A DNA stretch of 64,000 nt from Antedon mediterranea. Its lineage: Eukaryota > Animalia > Echinodermata. The notes below the pieces were generated by a model. That model was not told the origin of the DNA. It saw nothing but the letters and a program-made list of their open reading frames with translations, and did no database searches. The DNA lies in NCBI RefSeq assembly GCF_964355755.1, contig NC_092672.1:11160001-11224000 (forward strand). Direction: 5' to 3'. Each line of letters starts with the position of its first letter. The stretch's first letter is position 1. The position numbers were made by a program, and so were the translations under genes. Below are positions 36,324 to 49,000 of this stretch, in pieces.

Positions 36324-37042
36324 GTTGACAACAAAAAGAGAGGTTTAAGACTGTTTTAAGACTCCTTCGAGTAGGCTTTAATTTTAAAGACCGTTTACAG
36401 GTTAGACCGCGGTATAGCAATGGTCTATAATATAAGACTACTTGCTACGTCACGAATTATAGCCGGCTAAGCGCTAAGACCGGTTATAGACCGCTTATAG
36501 CAATCCGCCCCTGGTGAAATTACTTACGCAGGCGCAGTGTCGCCAGTGGGCGTGGCTATCACTGTCAATCACTCGTTGTCTGAGCTCCCGTCGTGTTTCG
36601 TAAACTCTCTAATGTTTCGTTTTCATGACGCTCCACGCGGCCAAGCACCAATCGATATGCACGTAGCCGCGTAAAAACGAAACATTGACGTTCGATTGGA
36701 TTTGCCGTCGCCCCAGACCTTGTGTGAAAGGCCCTTAAGCCGGCTTTATCAGATAGACGGTCTTACTAAAGCCGTTGCTATAAAACAGTCTTATGTTATA
36801 AGTTCTTTGTTATAAGTCCTTTGATACAAATTACATAGGGCCAAAGAACTTATACGTTCTTTGATAGGGCCTGAGTCATGGTGTGCGTCTGCGTTTAGTG
36901 TATTCTAATGTTCATTCGCGTATCATTCGCAGATAACGTTCGTACTCGTCCGGCACCATGTGCAGAGCATTATACAAAATGAAAAAGATGCATAGGCCTA
37001 GGCCTAGAGGTTCGGAACTGTAAAAATAACCATTTATTTTAA

Positions 37043-40000
37043 ATGATGTCAAAGATTTGGAGAAAGCTTGTAAAACGTTTTATAATATGCATTCTTGTCA
37101 TCGCTGAATGTGCTTCATTTACTCAATCACAGCAGACGTTTGTTAAATTAAAAAATTCTTCCCTAGGCCTAGGTTTAAAACGCAATTCTTACTCCGTCGT
37201 TACGGATCAAAACAGCAACATTACAGAAGATAAAAGTGGCATTAAATTCACGAAAGATGTATCTAATGGAACGCATAGCCGTCATAAACGTTCTATTCAT
37301 AACAAATCTTACTGGGCAAATTGGGGACCATGGAGTGAATGTTCTGAGAGCTGCAGTGATAGTTATCGCACCAGAGAAAGAGGTTGTCGTAATAATGATG
37401 GTGTAGACCCAGCTACCAACAAAGAATATATGTGCCCAGGAAAAGGTCAGCAAGTTAAAACTTGTACAGATCCCTCATGTCCAGATAAAGGGGAGGTAGG
37501 AGAATCCGAATATGAAAGGTTGTTACGTATAAGCAATAAAAAGAATTCGGAGGCACGTGATAGATGGACAAAACGCGTGTCAGAAATTAGAGCACCACAA
37601 GACGGAAATTTCTATAATTCATACAAGAAGCCACCTCCTAGTAAGTAATATTAATAACCTAAGATAAGACTAGGCTAGGCCTGATATTGCATTTTCTCGG
37701 GAACTAACTTGTCCAAAAACTTCATTTTTTTGGACAAGAAGCAAGGGTTAAAATCTGTGATTTGTAATTTTAAAACATAATTTGATTTAATGTATAGGTT
37801 TTTAAATACGAGTAGCATTGTTAGTCAAATGAGACTATATTGTTTGTTAATAATTATTTTTTTTAGTACCAGCACATGTGTTATTTTTTTAAAATTTTAT
37901 TCTGTGCATAGGCATATACTTACAACAGAACATGCCTATCGTTATCGTCTTAGTGTAAATGGGCCTTAAATCTAAATTATTTCATGGAACAAGTTATCCT
38001 ATAAATTATTGTTTTATTATGTAGGATCCTCAAGGACTGGCCTATATGGACCAACAGTGTTAGAAAAAGGACAGAAAGGTGGTCGATGGACAGTTTGGAT
38101 GTCATGGGGAAAGTGTAGCAAGACCTGTCTTGGTGGCACACGTGAAAGATATCGTACATGCATGACACCGGATATGAAAATCTCACTAACTTGTCGTGGT
38201 GAATTTATAGAAAGAACTGATTGCGAGTATGTAACATGTGCAGAAGCAAAAGAAAAGGCGAAACAGAAACGTAAGTAAGATTCACAATCACGTCACGATC
38301 TTAAAATCGCGTAATGAAAAGATATCGGACGATTTAATGTACCTTTAATTATGTTATTATTGTAGAGTAATCATGTTTACCTCTTATTCTATAATTGTAT
38401 AATACCCCTTTCACACCAAAAGCAAAACTCCGGAGACACCCCGGAGTTGACGTCCCGCTGTTTGGTGTGAAAGGTAAAATCAAGCAACTCCGGAGTTTAA
38501 AACTGCGGGGTTGAACAGCTGAACATTCTCCGGAGAGCGAACTGCGGGGACACCCCGGTGTTTTGGTGTGAAAGGTACCAACATCAAACTCCGGAGTGTT
38601 TTGGGTCAAAAGGTCATCCTCACACGATCACTCAGTGCTTTAGTTTTATTTCAAAATACTTTAAATATTTGTACAACATATATAGCGGGTTCAAAAATAA
38701 TAAGTAGTATCAATAAAACATTATATTACTTCTGGGATTTTTGAAAGTAATTATTAAATTAAACATATTATTAATTAAAATGATTCTAATGATCGTCGCT
38801 ATGTAAACAAACAAAATAGAGGGCGACATTTACAATTTTATTTTATAAACCCCGGAGTTGCTAGGTTGGTGTGAAAGGGGTATCTCCGGAGTTTCTCGAC
38901 GTTTTGAATGGTCATAAACCCCGGGGTGTCTCCGGAGACACTCCGGAGTTTTGGTGTGAAAGGGGTATAATATTGTAGTTGTTTTCATAGCCAGAGGCTA
39001 AGCATTGCAAGATCATCGCTATCGCTATCGCTGTCAAAGATTTCCATTGCAAAAATTGCAATGTTGGTTCCACTTGGTTGAATTCAAAATAAACGTACGT
39101 GACACGAACAACCGAATTCGTGCTCGATGTGAAAGCGCGCTCAACGCTCGCGATATTTTCTCACGGCGCCGGACCGAATCCGGGCGCGATGTGAAAGCAG
39201 CTTACAGTTACATACCTATGGAAAGATAAGCTCTGCATCCTGATTTTAGATTACCTTGGTGGTGGTGGTATGAAAAATTCTTCTTGTTTAGAAACTAAAG
39301 AGGGTTTCAGGCAGGAGTCTTCATTTCAAATTGAATGATGGAAATTATGTGAATTCCTACTGAAAGTATAGTAGGCCTACTTTCCAGACATTTTGGTGAA
39401 AATGTAGAATTGTAGGTACTTGTACAAGATGCGATCAAAGCTCCATTTTAAAAGAAAAAACTCGAAAATAAATGTAGAAAAAAGACGAAAAATACTATCA
39501 GTCTGACACCCAATTAACTTTTATTTAACACATGTCTGTATATTATTGTTTGTTATATTTCTGTTCCTTTAGTTTAGTAATCTTCAAAAAAGACCCATTA
39601 TATCTTTACGTAGAGTATTTTAAACTTCTCATTTAGAACTAAAACATAATCCCATACCGTCAATGAGTGGTGAAGTGTCTCAGGAACTTTTGGAAAAGAT
39701 CCTAAGAGGAGAAAAGGTTGATGCCAACTGGGGAAAGTGGGGTTCATGGGGAGGATGTTCCGCGTCATGCGAGACTGGAGAACGAACACGCTATAGGATG
39801 TGCAAGACACCCGAAGGAGAAATTGCCCCTGCTTGTGAAGGTAAAGAAGTGGAAAGTGGTAACTGCAATGCAATGTCATGCAAAGAAGCAAAAGAAAACA
39901 TATACAGTGGATTGGTATTCGGTAAGTTATTTTCAACAATTTGTAACAATGTTAGTTAGTGTCAATCATAAGTCGTTGCTTTATTTGTCAAGTCGTTGCA

Positions 40001-43000
40001 ATATTGATGCGTTTGTTGGTGATCATAATATAAGTTCGTTCCATTACCCTGTAAATTGTTACTGTTTATTGAAATCGTCAGACAAATTTTGAATAAAAGG
40101 TTTCATACGAGACGCTATGGTAATTCAAAGCATTATTAGCTTTTTTTTTATTACGATATTATTTTTATTACATTAGATTTTGGTGATTCAGAACCTATGA
40201 TTCGTCAAAAGAAATCGACCAATTCAATGTATGGTCCTTACAATCAAGGAGATGCTCCCAAACTTCGACCAATTTCAAATTCACCTAGGAAGTCTCACGG
40301 TCCATATAGCTCGGGTGATGCGCCTAGGATTCCTCCAAAATACAACGCCAAGAGTAGGCCTTCAGGTCCATACAGCCAAGGAGATGCTCCTAAACTTCGA
40401 CCTATCGCCAGTTCACCAAGGAAGCCTTACGGTCCATATAGCGCAGTTGATGCACCTAAGGTTCCACCAAAATATAGCACCAAGAGTAGGCCATCAGGTC
40501 CATATAGCCAAGGAGACGCTCCTAAACTTCGACCTATCGCCAGTTCACCAAGAAAGTCTTACGGTCCATATAGCACGGGTGATGCGCCTAGAGTTCCTCC
40601 AAAATACAGCGCTAAGAGTAGACCATCAGGTCCATTTAGTCAAGGAGATGCTTGGAAACTTCGACCAATTGCGAGCTCACCTAGGAAGTCTTCCAGTCCG
40701 TATAGCGCGGGTGATGCGCCTAAGGTTCCTCCAAAATACAGGGCCAAGAGTAGGCCATTGGGTCCATACAGCCAAGGAGACGCTCCTAAACTTCGACCTA
40801 TTGCGAGCTCACCTGGGAAGTCTTCCAGTCCGTATATCTCGGGTGATGCGCCTAAGGTCCCTCCAAAATACAGGGCCAAGAGTAGACCATCAGGTCCATA
40901 CAGCCAAGGAGATGCTCCTAAACTTCGACCTATTGCGAGCTCACCTAGGAAGTCTTTCAGTCCGTATAGCGCGGGTGATGCGCCTAAGGTCCCTCCAAAA
41001 TACAGCGCCAAGAGTAGGCCATCAGGTCCATACAGCCAAGGAGACGCTCCTAAACTTCTACCTATTGCAAGCTCACCTGGGAAGTCATCCAGTCCATATA
41101 GCTCTGGTGAGTGTCAGCAAATAAATGAAAAAATTACAATTATAAGGATAATTTACCAACAAACAGTATAATCTTACACGGTTTAATATATTGAAATATG
41201 TCATACGTTCGTAAAGAATGTTCAATAATTAAATGTATTCACTTCATAGGACATATCAGAAATACAAATTCTTCCTTTCCAATATTTCTTTTCATTCGTT
41301 CTAAATGAACAAACAGGTTTAGTAAATAGCTTTAAAATCCTTACTCTTGATGAAATTCTGGCGGTATAAATTAAACATACTTAGGCCTAAAGGCATAACA
41401 ATTAACTCACAAGAAGAAATTTCTTGTCACACATGCATGATCCCCCCAAAAAAAGAAAGAAAAGTATCGCTTACACGTTATTGTGACTCTATATTATAAT
41501 AAGTCGACCTTATATTAGCGCTTAATGCACAATGCATCAAGCCCTTCACATTATTATCCTGGTCATGTTTTGGAAATTTCTAGAAATATAGTCACTCCCA
41601 TGGTGTTGCAGCCAGTAATCATCGCAGTTAAGTTTGGACCAATTAAATAGCACGTACCCATTTGTACACCTGGGCGGAGAAAGTATGTTAAAAATAATTT
41701 GTTATAAAAAAAACACTGAAAATGAATTTGTTTAGATTCTAGATCTACTGGCGAATGGGGTGAATGGATGGCGTGGCAACAATGTTCAGCTTCTTGTGGA
41801 AAGGGTAAACGTGTAAGAGACAGAAAATGCGACAGTCCACCACCACCAACAGATGGCGGTGAGCCATGTTTTGGGAACAATATTGAAAGTGAGACATGCG
41901 CCGGAGAAACTCTCTGCAAAGGTAAGTGTGATCAGGTAAGAGTGAAATTACAATTTCACTCTTCTTCCCTGGTATGATGGTCTGAGTTGACTCAATTTTT
42001 ACTATAATAGGCCTACTGACCAAAAATAGGGAGGTTTCGCAACCTTACGAATACGATAACGAAAACGTCACACATTTGTGAAATTTTTGAGCTGTAGTCC
42101 AGTAAAGATAAGTCAAAAATAGGGTGAACCTAGAACAAATTGCAACAGAATTTTTTTTTGTTTTGTCTGGTAAATATGGTTCAAATGAATATCATATCCA
42201 AAGTTTACCAAAATCGGACATCGGGAAGTGGGTTAATTAGCATAAATTCAAAATGGCCGCCATTTGCTATTTTGAAGCCTCATATCTCTCTAACGGTTGG
42301 ATTTAGACCACCTAAGTGCATTACGAGTAGATATAAATGTGATATTAAACATTCTAATTAGCATATTTAAATTTCCATATGACGTACTTATGATGTCATA
42401 TGGTAGTTGTGACGTCATATATTATGTTATAACTGTTTAAATGACATTATACTATTCGAACAATTTAGGGACTGCAAGAAAACATGTTTCTTGACATTCT
42501 CCTTGTTAAAATGAACATTATTTCCAAAGTTTACCAAAATCGGACGTCAGGAAGTGGGTTAATTAGCATACATTCAAAATGGCCGCTATTTATCATACCA
42601 TTTTGAAGCTCCATATCTCCTTATCACTTGGTTTTAGACCACCTAAGTGCATTGAGAGTAGATATAAATGTGATATTAAACTTTATAATTAGCATATTTA
42701 AATTGCCATATAACGTACCTATGATGTCATAAGACATATGACGTCATGTATTTTGTCACAATAATGCTCAATTGGCATTATTCTAAGGGGAAAATATAGA
42801 AACCGAAAGGAAAAAATGTTTTTAATCTCATGAAAATAGTAGAACATTTACCACATCCAGGTTAAGATCATGGGTATCAGAAGGTATTCGGCAACCCTTC
42901 ACAACATGCAATAGAACATTCCAGTTAATTTTCTGCAACTGCAACTTTTTATAACTGCATATATATCTCATATATCTCATATATATTTAAAGAAATAGGA

Positions 43001-46000
43001 TTCTTAATTAAGTAATGAGTCTGGGATTTAATAATTCGACCCCATCCTAAATATGGAGTTGGATCACAGTAAGTTTCCAATCCAAAGTACATACATAGAA
43101 AATGTAATGTTGGCGCCGTCAAAATACTTCATTGGCTTTTCTGATGTCTTTTTAAATTTTGGACCAAACAGTTCTTGCTTAGAATAGAATGCATCCCCCT
43201 GTTTCTTTGCAAGTGCAGAGCATTACAAAGATGTTGCAAATTTGCTCCTTAAGATGTTTTCTTTAAGTACCAATTATTCCACTATTTTTTGCTTCTTCTG
43301 TCTTAAAACGCAGTCGCTTTTTTTAATTATGGCAAAGTAAGATATTTAATAGATCCCCATCTGCATTCAAAGTTTATTCCATTTTTCTGACATTTTTTGT
43401 CAAGGAAATTGAATACTGTCTTGTCGAAAAATAAAATACTGTAATTAGTAGTGGCAAGTTTGAAAATTACTGTATTACCTTAACAACCCCTTTTTGGATT
43501 CCGTTGATGTGTATCTTTTAACTGATGGTTCTTCATCCTAGTTAACACTAGGATGAAGTGTCCTTGTTATATGCTCATTGAATCTTGGAAACAGCATTCA
43601 AAAGATAAACATTATATAAAACATCATAAAAAGTTGTTGTCTCATAAATGATCGACATCAAACAGATGCAATGAAATAGCAAATTTGAAAGAGCAGAGTG
43701 GAGATGCTGACTATACAGAAAACTACAGTATGACATTTATCATTTTCATTTCAATTGAGATGAGTTTGTGGGAATGATGGGTTTGAATTGCCTGACCCAC
43801 AATCAATCGCCTCATTAAAATATTTTTTTTATTCCTTTACCAATTTAAAGAGATAAAGTTCTAAAAGATGTAGTTTTAGAAAACACAAAACAAGATGTGC
43901 GCTTGAGTACAAATCAGTTTCGGAAATACAGTTGATGATCACCTTTCATACGGTTCTGTAGAATATCTATTTTCATAAGATTTTGTAAATGGAAACTTAA
44001 TGATAAATTTCAATGGTTTTTACATATATATCTACTCGTAATGCACATAGGCTGTCTAAACCCAACCGCTAAGGAGATACAGGGCTTCAAAATGGTATTT
44101 TGAATTTATGCTAATTGACCCTCTTGAAGTCTAATTTTGGTGAACTTAGGAGATCATGTTCATTTCAACAGGAAATTGTTAGAAAATTGGTTTCCTGCAG
44201 TTTCTACATTTTTTAGCATGGGATAATGCCATTTAAGCAGTTATAACATAATATATGACGTCACAACTACCTTATGACGTCATATTTACGTCATATGGTA
44301 ATTTAAATGTGCTAATTGGGAAGTTTAATGTCACATTTATATCTACTCGCAATGCACTTTGGTGGTCTAAAACCACCATTAAGGAGATATAGGGCTTCAA
44401 AATGATATAGTAAATAGCGGCCATTTTTAATTTATGCTAATTAACACACTTCCTGACGTCCGATTTTGGTAAACTTTGGAAATTATGTTCATTTCAACAA
44501 GGAGAATGTTAGGAAACTTGTTTTTCTGCAGTTTCTAAATTGTTCGCATAGTATAATGTCATTTAAACATTTATAACATAATTTATGACGTCACAACTAC
44601 CATATGACGTCATAGGTACGTCCTATGGAAATTTAAATATGCCAGTTAGAATGTTTAATATCACATTTATATCTACTCGTAATGCATATAGGTGGTCTAA
44701 ATCCAACCGTTAAGGAGATATGGGGCTTTAAAATAGCAAATGGTGGCCATTTTGAATTTATGCTAATTAACCCACTTCCCGATGTCCGATTTTGGTAAAC
44801 TTTGGATATGATGTTCATGTTCACCATATCAACCAAATAAAACAAAAAAAAATTCTGTTGCAATTTGTTCTAGGTTCAACCATATTTTTACTGGACTACT
44901 GATCCCCATTTCATATCGTAAAGTCATATTCGTAACTACAAAACGAGTATAGTTTTTGATCTATTTTGCACATTTTGCATTTGAATCAGGAATGATTCAT
45001 GATTATAATAATTATAATTATAGATTTATTGAAAGTAATTTACTAAAGTAATTTACTAAAATGCCAGGTCAATTTTGATAAATAGCAGTTTCTAAAGTCC
45101 TCACTCGCATTGATGTTACGCTAGGCCTAGGCAGCCAAGCACCAAGCAACACGTACCTGCGCTTCGCTCAAATTTACCGCAGTCATATTTTGGACGGCGC
45201 CCTCAATATTTCATTGCCATGTGAAACAGATTTTTACTGGCTTACGAAAACGAATACGTGCGCGTGACGTATCCGTTTTCGTTATCGTATTCGTAAGATT
45301 GCGAAACCTCTCTAATATCGTATCGTATACACACTTTACCTCAATTAAACGGCATCTCTAGACCGCAATATCATAAACATCTCATCGAAGTGTAACAGGC
45401 AGAAAGCGTGGCAAAATATAGTGTCAGCTGTACGTTGTCACGTCGCAACGCGTCAATTCTAGTCAAATCGCGTCATTTTAAGTAGAATAATTGCGTCAAA
45501 TTACTATCCGTTTAATCTTTTTTTACAATTAGACGAAAACTACTCAGTAATTACGTCAGATATATTTTTTTATTATAAACATTTCTGGATTATTTATATG
45601 ATTAAATGAATAATAGTATAAACCATGTGAGGATCACAATTAATAATTGTACACAATAATTCAAGTAAAACAACTAAAATACATAATATTAAATAGTTGA
45701 TATTACATATTTCTATACATTATGTTTTTTATTCATTGAATGTCACAATCAATGTAATAAAAAAATGTATTGGATTACAGTTTAAAAAGAAATAAATGCT
45801 AATAAATAGATAATACTAAATAATAGGTATTATAAAATTCCTGTTATTTGATTGGACGATTGTGGGTGGCGTGCAATAGTACGTACTATTAACCGATCGT
45901 TGAATAGTACTTTTTTTCGTGTACGAAAAAAAAATCGTTTCGCGTTTGGAAAATATTATTTTAATACTATTGCTTTTAAAATACAACAGCGCCACCTATT

Positions 46001-49000
46001 TGTACTTTCCCCGCGCGCGAAGCGAAGATTGACTGGTTTCGCGACGGGGGTACATTTTTGGAAAGATATATTTGTACTAATTTAGATCAAAAAGGCATTT
46101 AAATTAGCTTTAGATCGTTTGAAGGATTTTGATTAATTAATGAGAACATCTCTACAAGACGTGAAATCATTGGTTGAAAATACGATAATTCCTAATTATC
46201 GTATTTAATTAGCCAAGATGAGTTCCAGTTGCCTGTCGAAGTTTCTGCTGTCTTTCAGCCTAGCTAGTATAGTAATAAGCCTAAACCTGTTAGTATTAGG
46301 CTAGGCCTAGGCGTTTTAGCCTGACTAGGCCTAGGATTGTTTGGTTGTTTGTTGACATATTAGCACTACAGTGGGTGTGTTTATAAAATCCATATAAATA
46401 TAATATTTAATATAATTATTAAAAACCAAATGTTACTGTATTAATCAATGTGAATCAAATGTAGGTCTTAAGCTAGGCCTAACATTTATTTTAAATTAGG
46501 AATAGTAATCTATTTAGATGTTATATAAACAAATAATGAATGTTTTATATTCGTGTAATGGTACAAATGATGGTATTTCGTGAATGATGAAAGGTTACAT
46601 ATCAACTCGGCTTCGCCTCGTCGTTGAAATATAACATTTCATCATTCACCTCATGCCATTATTTGTGCCATTACACTCAATATTTATTATTTGTATATTA
46701 GAAATTAAAGGAAACATCTTAAGACATAAACAATCTTGATATTGTATGTTTTGAAACATTTTTTTTCTTGCATTGGCCGACTTCATACAGAGGCAGATTA
46801 ATTAACATTTGGTATAAATAAAGACTAGCCATTTAACATTTACAGTATTTATGTTCTACTGTACCATACAATAGTTATATAACAATATTTAAATCAATAT
46901 TTTGCTTTTTATTTATCTATTTTTTATATTGATTATTTGAAGATTTTTGTAATTATTTTATTCAACTGAGTAATAATTTGATGAATCAATAACATTTTTA
47001 AAATGTCATGGGTCAAAACGAGTAAAAAAAATAATATTAAACTGCGAACGTTTAAATGTAATTTTCTTTTTATATGATACGTTTTTATGTCAAACTTTGT
47101 GTTATTAGGCCTACATTTAAAATATTATTAAAGTAATTACGCGTACGATCGGGATTGAAAGATAGGATTTTCACCCGATAGATAATATATACTATGGTGG
47201 GATTGGCTCACCTGAAAAATGTATTTCAAGAATTACGCACAATTTCAGTAATTTACTTAAGTTTATGTTTTGATTGTCGAAGTTTTTTTTAATAAATGAA
47301 AATATATAAATAAAAATAAAATAATTGAAAGTTAAATTATGACGGTTTAATTTCAGATGGAACAATGATACATGAATTGAGAGTAACCATTGGTTTTGAC
47401 GCCAGGCTTAGCTGTGATGCGGAATGGTATCTTGTCCACCACCCTGACGCGACTGTTGAATGGTACAAAGATCAAAACGTTGTCGAATTAACAGGTAAAA
47501 ACTATGGGCGGCCGTTGGGGCCAGAACAGACAATGTGCAAATATGCCGAAAGGACGGACAAACGCGGAAAGGACAAATACAAACATCGGAAACTGCGTTC
47601 TATCACCATTTTCTTTTTACCTTTTGCAAATTCTTCCTCTCTATTTTCCTGTTGGTTGCGCATTTATGCGATCATATAAATATCAATACGCATAAGCCAT
47701 GATTTGATGTATAATTGAGGTTAGTTAGTGTAAGAACAAAACGGTGATGCCCAATTGAAATTGATATTCATTTAATACGGTGTTACGATTAGTCGAACAC
47801 TAATAATAATTTTTTTTAATAGAGCATTGCACAAAACAGGTGTAATAACTAAGATTTTCTGAAAGTATAATTTTACATAATATACAAATAATTTTCAAAA
47901 CAAAACAATGTAATGAGTAGTAGGTGAAACTACATATAACGTGACTCTTGGGAAAATATAGATTATCGTTATTTAGAGTCATGAATGGTAGGCCCATTAG
48001 GCCTACTTGGTACGTCTTTTATTTAGAATTGGTTTTTTTTTTTCTCTCAACGCGTTGTGGTTAATATTTATTTTTAGTGGCCCTTACATAAAAATAAAAT
48101 AAAAAGGGCGTGACCAATCCAAATCCAGGTGCCGTTTTTGTAATAAATAAATTGGTCACAAAAATTAATTTTACCATAGGGAGAGGGTAGGCCTACACAC
48201 TCTTAAAGCGCATTAGATGGCCGTTATTCAAAACACAGTTTCGAATGTGTTAAAACTATTCACATGACAGAAATATAAATTTAACGAGGGTTCATTTTCA
48301 TCGTTTGAGTTATTTTAAGAAAAACCGATACTGCTTTTGATTCGAAAATAGTACTGTCCGTAGGGGCAGTGGCATTCAGGGCTGGTCTAACATGAATGAT
48401 AAACAATACGTGAAAAACTGTGTCGAACACAACGATGATACTACCGGGGTGAATTCCCAACTGTCTGGTTCATTATCTTTTACTACCTTGGGTGACATGC
48501 GATACATGTTAATGACACGGATGGACGAGCAGCTCAAGTCAGGATGTTTGGTGGGTTTTCTTACCGGGGGTTGGAAAAATTAACCCAATTGTAACCTTTA
48601 CATTTGGACCAAAACGTTATGCAGAAAATATGGCGGACAAATATAATATAATAGGCGATTTATGAGAGCTTACTGCAATGTTTCGGACGTTAAAAAGTGC
48701 AACGGACGGAACATTAGGTACGGGGTGCAGTCCGACACGCTACCTATTCTGTCTTACAAACCACGGTTTGTAAAAGATAAAAGAGTCAAATAGGTGTCTG
48801 TCGGACGGCGCCCCGTATTACCATTAGATATTCTGTGACTAGACTTAATAAAATAATTGCTAAATGGAGATTTAGCGACATACATTGAATAGTGTACCAT
48901 TTATTTGTGGTCTAGTAAGTTATCTATATATAAATTATTAATTAAATTAATTCAAAACAATCTTACCGTAATGCAAACAAAAATAAATTATACTCGTTTT

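Larger units (their letters stand above)
33645..36510. mobile_element. Apparently intact autonomous Harbinger transposon (2866 bp)
   Basis: TIR GGGCGGATTGCTATAA, TSD CTG (33642-33644, 36511-36513), two convergent intact genes. Confidence 0.95.
29578..36610 (+). mobile_element. PHIS-superfamily (ANT-TSD, Pangu-like) deleted element
   Basis: 23-bp TIR AGAGAGTTTACGAAACACGACGG, TSD AAT; transposase N-terminus-like remnant at 33266-33442 (MAFVQDAL...DPEEYLLLY...YNDDECNVFFR). Confidence 0.75.
29523..36735. mobile_element. Harbinger-type MITE expanded by nested insertions
   Basis: TIR AGGGCCTTTCACAC / GTGTGAAAGGCCCT with TAA on both flanks. Confidence 0.75.
29481..36784 (+). mobile_element. Split remnant of a Harbinger left end (29481-29522 plus 36736-36784), outermost layer of the nest
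   Basis: The two pieces join to match 33655-33765 (CTATAAAAC...CTCCCCGATTAA|GCCGGCTTTATCAGATAGACGGTCTTA). Confidence 0.75.

Noticed and set aside
22085-41375. Paralog pair as an uncollapsed haplotype artefact
   Set aside because: Introns are strongly diverged with different TE insertions and the exon 4 ends differ, well beyond what I would expect of alleles
42140-44863. Two near-identical ~75-aa ORFs on opposite strands
   Set aside because: They are the two arms of the Academ TIR
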